Part shown: in pieces, positions 24,860 to 37,769 of the stretch
Position numbering within the stretch: the stretch's first letter is position 1
Layout of the letters: the number at the start of each line of letters is the position of its first letter
DNA from: Vicugna vicugna
Lineage: Eukaryota
Direction of reading: 5' to 3'
NCBI GenBank assembly: GCA_013265495.1
Contig: MU058213.1
Coordinates: forward strand, 7,146,066-7,210,065
DNA length: 64,000 bases
Position numbers and translations under genes: made by a program
The notes under the pieces: generated by a model
Database searches by the model: none
Seen by the model: only the letters and a program-made list of their open reading frames with translations
Told to the model about the DNA's origin: nothing

Positions 24860-27800
24860 CCCTTAACTGTGCTGCCAACATTGGGTTGAAAACATAACCA
24901 GTTGTCTTTTCACCCCAACCATATGCTCCCTCTAATATTTTCATATTATGAAATAATATGAAGTCTTTCTCCTCTCTAAATAATCCTATATATTGTAACT
25001 CCTGAAACTGATCATGTCATCTTGCTCAAAAAGCCTTCAGCGTCTCCTCATTGCTTTCAGGATCAAATCAAACCATCTGGGAATAGCAGTCAATACCTTC
25101 CATTATCAGGCTTTAACTTACCGTTTCAACTTCATCTCCCATTTATCTTCCTTTAGCCCCATGCTTGTTACATGAGCATAACTGTTGTTTCCTAAAACCA
25201 GCTCTTTTCATATTTCAACTTCCTTCATGCTGTAATGCTTTGCTTCCTTTTTGTCCATATTAATATTCTACTGGTCTTCTGAGAACAGCTGAAAGGTCAC
25301 TCCTACCATGAGTTTCTTTTACTTCCAAGTATCCCCTTTGCTTACTCCTATGCACTACTGTGCCACCTGAATATTCTGCTCTGTATTATAGCTAATTGTG
25401 CATATCTATCTCCCCAACTAGATTAGGAAATACCCTTAAGGCAGAAACCAATCTTATTTATCTTTAAATCTCAAGAGATTGGTGTAATGTATTACACCCA
25501 ATAGATGCTCAAAAATGCGTTACCAATTCAACAGAGGACAGGCAAGGTTTTGACAGGGCCTTAATAAATGCAAGCAGATGTAGCTTTACAAGTAAAAGCA
25601 TGAAGGCAGGGTGTGTTGATAAAGCCTGGCATTAACGCAGTGCGTGGGAGAGACCTGAGACCCACGGCCTTACTAAAGCGTGCCTCTTAAGATTAACATG
25701 CACATACTCCCCTGTGCTGTATATTTTGGGGTAGGCAAAACCTAGGATAGAGACTATAGAAAAGATTTCCTTTTCCCCTCCAAGAAATGCACATTCTCAA
25801 GAAAAGGGAAGGAGAAATTCAACACACTAACCACAGATTCTTTAGGTTTCTTCACTTTCAAAACAGCAATTAATTTACACTCAGGCTTCCTCCCACTAGT
25901 TCCTTAGAAAATTAACCAGGTTATACCATGCATGCACAACTATAAAAACCAACATTTGGTAGCTCCTTGCTTGATCACTTTCTAGCAACAGCTCATATAC
26001 TGAAAGCACAGATACACAAAACATACACACCAAGGTGAACCCTTGACTGAATCTTCCTATTAGCTGAGGCAGCCTCGAGACCCATCCTACAAATGTGTGT
26101 CTGGGCCTCGACTCTTTCAGCAAGTAAGCTTTGCTCAGCAGACCGGACCCCGTCTCCAGATAGTTGTTTGTGTGTCTGTCTTTTTATACTTTGACAAGAA
26201 GTCTGGACATCAGTCAAGGGAACATGGCAAGGGTGGAAAGATCAATGAGAGCATTCCCTTTATTTCTGCATCTTAATGAGAAATTCAGTGAATCCTGACA
26301 TCAAACGTTCCATGGTTTGACTAAAAAGTAGCATGTACCTATAACAACACACAACAAACATCTTAATATCTTTACCTGCATGTCCATCAAGAACCTCAAA
26401 TTTAGCGTGTTGGCAATAAAACATTAAGAAGAAAAAGTGTCCTCTCCCCTCTCTACCTTTAACCCGTGCCTCCTTCTAATCTCTCTAAAATGTTCATAGT
26501 GTCCAAACACAGAATCCAAGCAAAATTGGAAAGGAACCGGTTAACTTCATTTCCAGCTGCAAAAGAAGTGGAACTATTTCTAAGTTTTGCTGATCCATTG
26601 GCAATAAAGATTTTCACTGTTTCCACCTTACTTTCTACAATTCCTTAACATTTATCAATCTGACTTTCATATCAGCCACTTTAATGAAACTTCTTTTACT
26701 GAAGCTCTCTGGCTTTTCCGGGGGCTCTGTTCATGGCTCTTTCTTCATTCCAGTCATTTCTGCTATCATCCCTTTCTCTGATTTCAATCACCACAGACAT
26801 ACTTGATATATCTGTCAATTCTCAGTTCTGTGCTGACGAGATCAGGCTTCTCTCTTGAGTTCAAAACTCAAATGTTCAACTATCTTCGACACCAATTATC
26901 TATCTCAGATTTAACATGTGGTAATAAAAGACATTAAAAAAAAAAGTCCTTTCTTTTCTCTCCATCTTAACCTAATCCTTCTTCTATATCCCTAAAATGT
27001 TCATGGTATTTGTGGAAATTTAAAAATACATTCACGAAATCCTTTTATATTTGTCCCTTCAAGAGGTGAAGCCTGAGTGTGGACTTAGTGACTTATTTCT
27101 AACAAGGAGAATATGGTATAAGTGACAGTATTTGACTTACAGGACGAGGCCACGAGACACTGGGGCTTCCTCCTTGCTCTCCCATGGATCGCTCACTCTA
27201 GGGTGAGCCAGCTGCTATGTCACGAGGACACTCAAGCAGACCTACGGAGAGGTACACGTGGTGAGGATGAGGCTTCCTGCTAACAATCAGTGAGAGACTG
27301 AGGGCTTCCACCACCACCACCACCACCACGAGTGAGCTTTCTTGGAAGCAGATGCTCTAGCCCCAGACAAGCCTTCAGATGACTGCAGTCCCAGTCGACA
27401 GCTTGAGTGCAACTTTATGAGAGACCTTGAGCCAGGGGCACCCAGTTAAGCTGCCTCCAGACTCCGGACCCACAGAAACTCTGAGATAATAATTATTTGT
27501 GGTTTAATGTAACTAGCTAAGTTTTGGGGTAATTTATTATTCAGCAATAAGAGCACACCCGGACCCAGAATCCAAGGAAGGGAAACGGTGAAAGAAAATG
27601 AACATTGTAAGTGAGCTCTCTTCCCCTGTAATTGCACCCCTCCTCGTACCTTCTCACTAAGTAACACTGTTACTTACCTGGTATCCCAAATGAGAAACCT
27701 GGAAGCCATATATGACTCTCCCTAACAACTGTATCACCAAGTTACCTTTCTTTTCTCCTATCACCTGAGCCCATCCCTACTCTTACTGTTCTAACTCAGG

Positions 27801-28530
27801 GCCTTTACCATTTCTCAGTTACTACAACACAGCTTTCCAACTTTTCTCCTTCCTTACAGTCTTTTCCCAGCTCCATTCCATTGTCTGGACTAATGCCAAG
27901 AAGGTTAAAAAAAAAATACCTGATCATGTTATTTATTTTTACTAAAATTCAATACTGTTTCCTACATTGCTCAGGACAAAATTCAAACGCTACAGCATGG
28001 CACATGTGCCCCTTTCCTACAGCTTCTTCTGTCATCTCCCATGTTCACAGCCTACAGTCTGGCCATCTTTCACCTTTGCACATGCTGCTTTCTTTCTGCG
28101 TGGAAGATCTTTCATTCTCTCCTTATTGCACTTACTCATTTTTCAAAGACTCATTGCAAGGTTTATCTCAGAAACCGTTCCTTAATTATCAAGTCCAGGT
28201 TAGATGACCTTCTTATATTACTTTATTACTTTATTACTTATCACATAGATCACTATTGTGCCTTCCACTAGAATGTAAGCTCCTAGGGAAAAAATCTATC
28301 CTCGATATCTAAACATTCATTTATTCGTACATCCAACTTTTATCAGTAAGCAACTACACAACAGACATTGTCTTAGGTGTTTGTTACAGTGAACAAAACA
28401 AAACAAATATATATTATCCTTGTACAGCTTGTAGTCTATTCGAGAAAACAGTAAGTCAAATGAACAAATACTGTGATATGTGAAAAAAGAATGTTATGAG
28501 TAACTGTGGGGACCTGCTTTAGATTACATA
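24860..28530. mobile_element. Cluster of L2 remnants (~24870-25520, 26300-27000, 27650-28300, 28310-28520)
   Basis: Diverged L2 motifs: CTGATCATGTCATCTTGCTCAAAAAGCCTTCA, CTAGAATGTAAGCTCC, CATTCATTTATTC. Confidence 0.55.
27011..27552 (+). mobile_element. MLT1E/F-like solo LTR
   Basis: CCCTTCAAGAGGTG...AGCCTTCAGATGACTGCAG...CCCACAGAAACTCTGAGATAATA...CTAAGTTTTGGGGTAATTT. Confidence 0.8.
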
Positions 28531-28659
28531 GCACACAGATGCACTCAAACATTTACTGAATGAAATATTTATACCTTCACCACAGAGGTGTAAGTGGCCC
28601 AGGCTCATCATACCCTTGCCAACACTGGGTCTGCTTTTTGTTTTTTTTTAAATATTTGC

Positions 28660-30357
28660 TCATACTGTCAACGCTATTTTATTGTTTATACATTTTCAAT
28701 ACTAAAAATTAAGAAAAAGAACACAAGATCCAATATACATTAGAAAAAAAGAAGCTTGATTCAGCACAAGTAGAAAACTAAGACTGGCTTTATATATATT
28801 ATCAGGGTTTCTCAAATAGATGGCTAAGGTAATTTCAAAACAACCACTTGCAAGATCACATTTTACTAAAAAGGAACAGTAAAAAAATGAAAGCCAAGTC
28901 TCTCCAGTATTCAGAAGTCTGAAGCAATCATTGTCTACCTTTTTTAAAAGAGCAAATTCCAAGGGAATCCCTGCATCTCCCTTGCTTCACTGCCAAGTGA
29001 TTCACAACTGAAATATTTCTGGGAAATGTGGGTATGTGACAAAATTACATAAAAAAAAAAAGCACAAACCATCAAGTCCACTGAAAACAAAGCTCAATAT
29101 TTTAAAAAGGGAATGAAAGGATGAGGAAATTATATATTAAAATAAATTTAAAGATTTTACAATAATTACTCATTAATTAAAAAAATATTTTATAAACAAC
29201 CAAGAAAATCAAAACAAAACTCGGTAGTAAAAAAATACTTACTAGTTTCTTATAATAGTTGAGAAAGTTTCGAGGACTAATTTCTTATATTAATATAAAA
29301 ATGCATAAAAAATTCCAAAAACAAAGCAAATACCGCCTTGGATTACAAAGTTTGTATTTTACAAATGATGCACGTATTCGGTGCACATTAAAGAGGAATT
29401 AAACAATTAAGTCCATCCCTTCTTAAGTCCAAATTTGCTCCAATAACATTAATTGATCATGCCCTTTTCCAAATTCACCTCCATGGTCCTGAAAAATTTA
29501 AATTATCCACAATAATTGAATTGAATCTTTGCAGATGAGAAAAACACAGCATCTGTTTTACCACACATTAGTCTTACCAGTTGAAACATGAGATATGTTG
29601 AGAAGATATACTCAGCTCTTTGCTTTTAGTAATGTATTTCAACACTCAGCCTGGATTTGTGACAAGAGACAGAGGCATTCCTCAACAAACCTGTTCAACC
29701 ACAAAAGTTTTTTTTTTTTAAACAAACTGATGGTTGCCCAACAAAAAAAGCATTAACTTACTTGTATATTTTCAGAGGCAGAGGATTTTTTATTTTTGGA
29801 TTCTGCAATGGCATTTCACCAAAATTTTAAAGGTACTAACTTCATTAACCTGCAACAATCATCATTTTAAAGTAGTATATAAAAACTGTCATAATGGGTC
29901 AGAAATAAGGTTTACGTAACTCAAAATTATCTCTGACAGCAGTAAGATTTAACCTTTCGAGTCAATCTCAACAGACTGGCAATACAACTCAAATTATTAA
30001 CATAATATATAATGATAAATATTGCTCTTTAAAAAAGCAAATTATTTTCCTATTTACAATTTTTGGAAAAGGTCTACTATAAAAATATTTCCTTCTCTGT
30101 ACTTCCCTGCCATGATAATGTTAAAACGTATCTAGAATCTCATCGAACGTCAGGTATTAAGAGCACAACATTCTGTTTCGGGTGGAATACTGCTTCACAT
30201 CGCCAACATGTTTTTTCAAGGCACTCTAAGAACTCCCAAGGACACTAAAAGAAAAATGTTCTCTTTGCCCCTCAAACTCTTCTAAACTGAACACTGTTAT
30301 AACTGGCTTTGCTTTGTTTTCTATGGTTATAACTGGCTTTTCTTCATTTTCCAGGGC
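28660..30357 (-). other. ICE2: ICE2 3' UTR (3' end uncertain)
   Basis: AT-rich unique sequence after the stop. Minus-strand AATAAA candidates at 29789-29794 and 28678-28683; more lie further on (28320, 28222). Confidence 0.55.
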
Positions 30358-30480
30358 TTAAGTTATTTTTCTTTTACTTGGAGCCACTCCTTCATTTTCA
30401 ACTTGCTGAGCAGGCAGGCTTTTGGTTTCCATGGAAACTGAATTCCTGCGGCTGCGGGTAGGCATTCTTGTTCCACCAAT
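30358..30480 (-). CDS. ICE2: ICE2 terminal coding exon to TAA stop
   Basis: ctcttag|ATTGGTGGA. Encodes IGGTRMPTRSRRNSVSMETKSLPAQQVENEGVAPSKRKIT*, stop at 30360-30358. The seven exons total 1821 nt = 607 codons in one frame. Confidence 0.95.
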   Translation of the reverse strand: MGGTRMPTRSRRNSVSMETKSLPAQQVENEGVAPSKRKIT

Positions 30481-30699
30481 CTAAGAGATGAAGCAAAGAA
30501 CAGGATGGCATAACATGTTTACAACATACCTTAATACAGTCAACTCTGTATTATTTACACATGGACTAATTAACTTGCAAATGGCCCTTTATACATTTTT
30601 AACCTCTAGTCACTTTGTTGCTTCTAAGTAAGCTTTAATCTGACACAGTTTTAAAGTATTAAATTTCCAAACAACAGTCAGGGAAGGGGATAAATCAGA

Positions 30700-31140
30700 G
30701 TCGATGGAGAGAAGTGAAGAGGAAAACCACTCTTCATTGTTAAATTTGGAAGAGTCTGAAATGCTAAATGAGAAAATGAGGGAATGACAGGCCTTTTGAG
30801 CAATGTGCTTAGAAAAATCAAGCTGAAGAGGAGGAGAAAAGAGAAATGAAAAACAGGAAGGGAGAGGAAGGAAATACAAGAAGTAGGTCAGGGGTGGTAA
30901 AGAGGGAGAGGAAATTAAAAATGGAGAAAGAGATAAAGAGTAAGTAAAACAGAAGAGTCCAAAAGAGAAGAAGGAAAAAAAGAACAAATGTGAAAGGAAG
31001 GGAAAAGAAAAGAACTCAATTTGAAAGGAAAATTGAGGAGCTGAAAGAGAAGAGCAAGAAAAAAATAAAGAAAAGGGAGAAGAGAAAATTGAAGGAGACC
31101 ACGGAGGATGGAAAAGAGGAAGGAGGACGAAGAAGGAAGA
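30700..31140. repeat. Purine-rich (GA) low-complexity tract in the last ICE2 intron
   Basis: Predominantly A/G on the plus strand. Confidence 0.8.
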
Positions 31141-31884
31141 AACTGTCGGGGTGCTGGTTCTACCTTAACATCTACTCTTTCTCAGCACAAGCTGCTGCTC
31201 CCTCCCGCTTTTCAGCTCACACAGTCCAGGGAAGAAAGAGTATATTCTTAGGACGTAATCCCTAGCTAATTGTAGTCCTGGAAATGCTGTCATCCCCTGG
31301 CCACTGAGAGAGCATGAAGTTTTAAATGGGGTAATGGAAAAAGCTAGGCTTTGCGGAGAAGGACCAACGCTGTACAGCCTGAAACCATTTCCCTGGAACC
31401 TGTCCATAACTGCTTCTATCTTCTCTAGTGACCTTGCACCCTTTCCATTCCTTCACACCTTGTCCAGTGCACTCCAGACCTGGAAGCAAGATTCTACTGT
31501 AATTCCAACCGTATTCATTTCTCATGTTCCTTATACAACAGAAGTATTACCAAGTAGCTCCAAGGGGCCACTGGCTCACTAAGAATGAATCAGACTTCAG
31601 CTTCCCTCACCTAATCTCTTGTCTCTTTAGAGGCATTTCTTGGTGCACACTTAGATGACTGAAAAAGACAAACCTGAGTTGGGATTTGAGTCTGCCAGTT
31701 TGTCTGTCTGAATCTGATGAAGTTCTGTAACCGACAGACTGGAAAACTGTTGTGATTTTTAGATTATCTTATCCCTCCCAACTCAGTTGGTATTTACTAT
31801 AAAAGTATACTGATCACACTAATTGTATCTACTATATTGTTGAAGAAAGCAAGCATTCTGACCCTTTCACTGAGAGATCATGTG

Positions 31885-31933
31885 TGTGTGCGCACATGGG
31901 TGTGTATGTGTGCGCACATGGGTGTGTATGTGT
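31885..31933. repeat. 22-bp tandem duplication
   Basis: TGTGTGCGCACATGGGTGTGTA twice. Confidence 0.9.
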
Positions 31934-34030
31934 AATCCACGTTGATTACAGAAGCTGTGGAAGGAGAAAACAGACAGGCACAGGGCCACTGCAGGAGGGC
32001 TCGAGTGGGAAGAAGTCAGGAGCAGCGCAGGAAGCAGGTGGGTCCTCCCATTACGCTCTGCTTGATGGAGCAGGAGGCGGACACAGGCCATACTGGGGAA
32101 TCCCTCAGGGTCAGCGCCTGAGGCACTGGACAAGGACGAGGTCTGAGTTCAGTAGACTAGGGACTAAGGAATTGTGTTAGAGGCAGAGACCCCTGTTACA
32201 TGAGTTTTTAGATCAGGAAGTACGTAGATGATTTCTGTTTCAAATATCTTACTTTCTCAGAGTTCCTAAAGCTGTGGTCTTTTCCTTTGCTGCTAAAGCT
32301 GGAATCCTTATCTGTGTTTAGCCTGTTTGGACTAGAAGGTCCCATTCCTAAGGCCTTGCTAGGAAGAAGTATGGGAGAAAGATGGGGTATTCCCACCAAA
32401 TGCAGAGCTAGACTGTGGGAAGGTATGTAAGAGATAACCAAAAACTTACGACGGACTTGGTAAAACATTAAACTATTCACTGGTTATCTGGTGTTCTACT
32501 GGACCTAATGCTAGGCTGTACAACAACCTGGTCCCAGATAATCTCACCAAGTATTTGTCCCTGGAGTGAATGCATGAGGCATCTTAAAAATCAGAAATCA
32601 ACAAATGCTCAGTGTATACATAATTAAGTTGTTTAACTTTATGTGGCTAAACCCTGAACATACGGAATTGTGTCAAGATATTAAATAGCTCATTTTCACT
32701 AAAAAGGAAAAAGCCAGTCTCATATAGAATTAAATGTTATAGGTGAAACCATAGTCAGAGCTGCTAAATTAAAAGGAAATCATTCTCCCAGAAATAACAT
32801 AAATAGTTCAAAAATAGTTTTCAATTATTATTTTTAACTCAAGAAATTGTTGTCTTTGGAGGTTATAAAATAACTTACTCTCTCCATTCTTTCATTTGCC
32901 CCAATTGGTTAAACACATTTATATGTTTTCCTGGCCAAAGTTAACTGAGAACATGAAAGAAGTTGTCAGTTCTAAAGAGGTCCTCCCAATAACAACATGA
33001 GGGCAGAGAAGTGAAAAGTACAAATAACTCCTGTGAACTATGAAACCACCGTAAATTATAGAAACATCCTTATTATTTGCTTTCCAGCTATTTCTCAAAA
33101 GGACTTGAGGACATTTAGATTAATTTAATGTAACACAGAAAGAAAAAAAAGAACAGAAACTATCCACCGGATATACAAATGGTACATGTTCTGGGGGCAA
33201 ACATATTAAGAAGGGTCTAGACTCAGACCGTAATTTTTTGCAGCGGGGAAGGAAAATACACTGTGTTACTGTTTACTGAACACCCAGATTCATCTGTAGA
33301 GAATAAAACTTTTCCTTTAACTAAACCCAAACTGGAACTTCTTACATGATGTAAAGAACGAGTGGCATGGTAAAGAGCATCTCCAGCTGTGGCTTTAAAA
33401 GAAGTTTCAGATAGAGAAATATCATTCAACTGGTATTCTGGGAAAGATTCCGTAAAGAAAACAATACTAATTATAACTAAAATACTGAGTTATAAAATAC
33501 TTAGCAAGACACAATCTAGTCCTTAACATTTTATTGTACTTTTAATAAGGCACTGCATTCACTAATTACTAGTACTTGTTTTTATATTTTTCCATATCCT
33601 ACTTATCAATTTTTAACTGTACCATCATAATTTTATTGTAGGTATTATTCTGCAAATTGCCTCAAATATTTAATGAAATGAAACAGTATACAGTATACAT
33701 AAATAAAAATTGCAAAAAACTGCAAAACTCTGCTTTTCATAGGAACACAGGGATTTAACTATGTGGTTGCCTTCTCCATGCCCTCACCGGGCAAGCTAAC
33801 AGGATTTTCTTCAGTTGACTTACTTATAAACCTGACCAAAATACAGTTTCACTGACACGATGACTGGGCTCAGCAAAGCATATAACTTCATCTATCCTTC
33901 CTAAAGATACAGCTTTCAGAATGGCACTGTGATTGACATGGCAAATGTGGACATCAGGCTGAGATACTGTACAGTCAGTGAAACAGATTAATAATAAACA
34001 GTGGAACATGTAATTTCAAAAAAGTCTTAC

Positions 34031-34289
34031 CTTTTGTTGTGTTGTGGGACCTGGTGATTTAGGCGGAAAAGTACAAGGTATTCTTCCATGATGGATATGA
34101 TATGGCAGTAGGAGGCTGGGATCTAAGGGGACCCAGGGCACTGAGAGACTGGAAGGTACACCAGGAAGGCCGCAATGTGTTTTATGCAAATTGTATGCTG
34201 TCCTAGTAACTTTTCCATCAGAGGTCTTGTAGATCAGGAGTGAAGAATCTTCTGCTGCATGAGACAACAAGTAGGAACCCTCCTGCAAA
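34031..34289 (-). CDS. ICE2: ICE2 penultimate coding exon (259 nt)
   Basis: gatttag|TTTGCAG...CAAAAG|gtaaga. Encodes LQEGSYLLSHAAEDSSLLIYKTSDGKVTRTAYNLHKTHCGLPGVPSSLSVPWVPLDPSLLLPYHIHHGRIPCTFPPKSPGPTTQQK. Confidence 0.96.
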
Positions 34290-35524
34290 CTAAATCCACA
34301 CAATGAAACTCAACTCAATGGGTCCCTGTGTCAGTTTCAGTAACACTTTCTTAATCATGATCTATCGGTAAAATTGAAAACAATTATAGGAATGTGACAC
34401 CACTCCTAAAAATACTTTTATGACCAAGTAAAATAAGAGTCTTTTAAACTATTTTAATGCTTTTCAGCAACTAATTTTAATTTTTTCCAAAGTTCAGGAT
34501 CTGCAATTACTTTCCTCCCACTGTTATGTCAGTTTCTAAGTGTTCAGTAACTTAATGGGAAACAAATAGTCTGCCTACGTCTCTCATCCAGGGACAACAC
34601 ATACCGAAAAGCATTTTATGAGGACATACACATACCACTCCTAGCCACAGCATTTAAACTGATTATAACACTGTATCTACTTTGCATCTACTACTAGGTG
34701 AATAGAGATAGAAAAGTGCATGTGACAGATTCACTGCACTGAGAAGTTTAAATAAAGCGACAGAAACAGTCGATGGAACAGTCACAGCACAACAAAAGGG
34801 GCTGTCAGAGTAAGAGAAACCACACCAGTTAATAGATACTGAGCGCTCATTGCGAGCTAATGACTGCTGTACTGCTTATATCCATTCTGTCACTAAATCC
34901 TCTACAACAAAACTTCAAGGCGTAATATTAATTATTAGCCCCGTATCAGAGATAAACAGACATCACAGATGCTAAGTAATTTGCCCAAAGTTCTGAGTGC
35001 AGGACTTGGACGTAAACCTTGGCAGCCAAAAACCACAGCTATACTGTTAATTATGATCCCCTACTGACACAATAATCAGTTCTGTCAAACATCAGATCTA
35101 CATTTTCCCTTTCTCTTTAGAAAGCTTTAAGGAATTCAGTGTATTAACACAGAGAGGTAAAAGGATATAACATACTGTGCTTTTCTGGGATTTCATACTT
35201 GTTTCGCTCAAAGGTGCTGAGGAGAACATCAGTCCTTTCCCCAAAGTATCATTAAAATTAAGGACTAGTCATACTTACAGGGATTCTTCCTCAAACCTGG
35301 TAAGTTACATTTTCATTCATTTATTCAAACAGAAGAGTAACAGGTGTTCACAAAAGAGGCTCAGAATTATTCTTATCATTTTCCCCCAATTACTTTCATA
35401 TTTCCATATAAGGAAATGAATAATAATTAATTTGACAGTAGGAAGAAGTAACATTTCAAAGATTGAGTTTTTATCAGTGGAAACATTATAACTACCTTCA
35501 GTAAAAATGAAAAAAGCTTTGTTT

Positions 35525-35870
35525 TACAGAGACAATATGTGAAGAATGAGCCTCAGAGGGAGATGTGACTGTGAGAGAGGTGAGAGTGATGTGACGTAAC
35601 GAGGACTCAACTTGCTTCTGAAACTCGGAAGAGGGAGAAAAGGAAGAGGGCCAAAAGCCAAGGAATGCAAGTGGCCTCCAAGTATACAAAAGTCAAGTAA
35701 ACAGACCACACCCAGAGCCTACAGAAAAGAAGGCAGAAAAATCACACCTTGATTCTAGCCCAAAAAGACCTGTTCGGCTCATGACTCACAGAACTACAAG
35801 TTAATAAACTCGTGTTGTTTTACATTAATTTTGTGGCAATTTGTTACAGCTGCAGTAGAAAACTAAGATA
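35525..35870 (+). mobile_element. MLT1D-like LTR
   Basis: GAAGAGGGCCAAAAGCCAAGGAATGCAAGTGGCCTC...TTTGTGGCAATTTGTTACAGCTGCAGTAGAAAACTAA. Confidence 0.75.
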
Positions 35871-36300
35871 ATGATAATAAAATGTTAAAAAGAACCTGGC
35901 GAATTTCATGTTTAAGCACTGTACTTCACATGAAGAATCAAATATATCAAGTAAAAATCCTGCTCCAGACTCACAGAATCTCAGAAGTGAAAAGTACCTA
36001 GGAAATTACTTAACTCAACACCATCATTTCATAAATTAAGGAATCTATCTAGTTGTACAATAAGTTAAGCTGGAGAGTTAAAACTTGGAGATTTTTGACT
36101 TTTAGTTCAAACTCTTGAATTGTTTTTTAGTTTACCTTTTGTTAAGGGTATAATAGAAGGAACACGCTAGTTCACATAATGAAATGGTTTAATAAATGAT
36201 CAGGTGGAGAATCTATATTCTAAGGTTTTCTATGGACCTAATGGCTCTTGATGACTACCTCTATGATACTTCCTTATCCCAATAATGTAAACAATATAAC

Positions 36301-37528
36301 TATGGAAGGGCTGAATAATGTTCCCCAAGGACGTCCACATCCGGTCTCCAAAACTCATGAATGTTACCCTTCAAAGCTTTGCAAATGCAATTAAAGATGC
36401 GATGTGATAATGAAAGCAGAGATGTAAGCGATGTACTCTGAAGATGGAGTAGAGGGCCACAGGTCAAGAAATACAGGTAGTTTTCCAAAGAAAATATACA
36501 GATGCCCAGCATCACTAATCATCAGGGAAATTCAAATCAAAACCACAATAAGATACCACTTCACACCTGTCAGAACGGCTATCATCAAAAAGACAATAAA
36601 TAACAAGTGCTGGGGAGGATATGAAGAAAAGGGAACCCATGGGTACTGTTGGTGGGATTATAAATAGGTGCAGTCACTATGGCAAACAGCATGGATTTTC
36701 CTCAAAAAATTTAAAATAGAACTGTTATATCATCCAACAATTCCATTCCTGGGTATTTATCTGAAGAGTACAAAAACACTCATTCAAAAAGATAAATGCA
36801 CACCAATGTTCACCACAGTATTATTTACAATAACCAAGATGGAAGCAAGATAAGTGTCCACTGATAGATAAATGGATAAAGAAGATGTGATATACATATA
36901 TTATGGAATATTACTCAGTGATAAAAAGTGAAATCTTGCTATTTGCAACAATATAGATGGATCTAAAGGGTATTTAGACAAATATCATATGACCTCACTT
37001 GTATGTAGAATCTGAAAAACAAAACAAACAAAACAAAAACAGACTTACAGAAACAGAAAACAAAAAGGTAGTTGCTACTGGAGGGTGGTGTGTGGGGGAG
37101 AAATAGGCAAAGGGGATTTAAGAGGTACAAACCTCCAGTTTTAAAATTCATAAGCCACAAGGATGTAATATACAGCATAAATAATATGATTAATAATATT
37201 GTTGTAACTTTGTATGGGGACAGATGGTTACTGACTTACTGTGATCATTTCATGATGTATGCAAATGTCAAATCATTATGCAGTACACCTGAAACTAACA
37301 TAATACTGTACACCAACTGCCTTTCAATTGAAAAAGAATAGAAATATAGGTAGCCACTAAAACTGAAAATCAATAAACAGAAACGATTATTCCCTCAGAG
37401 CTTCCAGGAGAAGCCAGCTCTGCTGACACAAGTTTAGATCAGTGAAAACTGACTGCAGATATTGACCTCCTTTTTAAGCTACTAAGTTTGTGGTAATTTG
37501 TTACAGTGGCAATAGAAAACCATTACAA
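36301..37528 (+). mobile_element. MLT1D-like LTR split by an L1 insertion
   Basis: LTR start GGGCTGAATAATGTTCCCCAAGGACGTCCAC and LTR end TTTGTGGTAATTTGTTACAGTGGCAATAGAAAAC lie either side of the L1. Confidence 0.75.
36481..37339 (+). mobile_element. 5'-truncated L1 (end of ORF2 plus 3' UTR, L1MA-like) with 14-bp TSD
   Basis: [27 protein letters not shown] matches the L1 ORF2 C-terminus. TSD AGAAATA(C/T)AGGTAG at 36467-36480 and 37340-37353. Confidence 0.9.
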
Positions 37529-37718
37529 TAACCTTATAGAAAAAGGTAACTGCAAGCTCATTAAAGCCAAATACTATTATATTACCTTATTTATATTTTC
37601 ACAATTTCAACTCCGACACAATAGAATAAATCTTGTATTCTAGGTTATTTCCTACTTATTGCTAACAACATTTAAGAAAATGAGACATATCAACGCAAAA
37701 TGTCCAAAAAATACTTAC

Positions 37719-37769
37719 CTACTTAGTTTCCTTAGAATGTGTTGGAGGATGTTAAATAAACTTGAAATC
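37719..37769 (-). CDS. ICE2: ICE2 coding exon (51 nt)
   Basis: tttaatag|GATTTCA...AGTAG|gtaagt. Encodes (K)ISSLFNILQHILRKLS(S). Confidence 0.94.

Noticed and set aside
30610..31265. 125-aa F/S/L-rich and 91-aa K/E-rich ORFs
   Set aside because: Translations of the GA-rich low-complexity tract.
36431..37341. Short ORFs with protein-like sequence
   Set aside because: Frameshifted L1 ORF2 and 3' UTR remnants.
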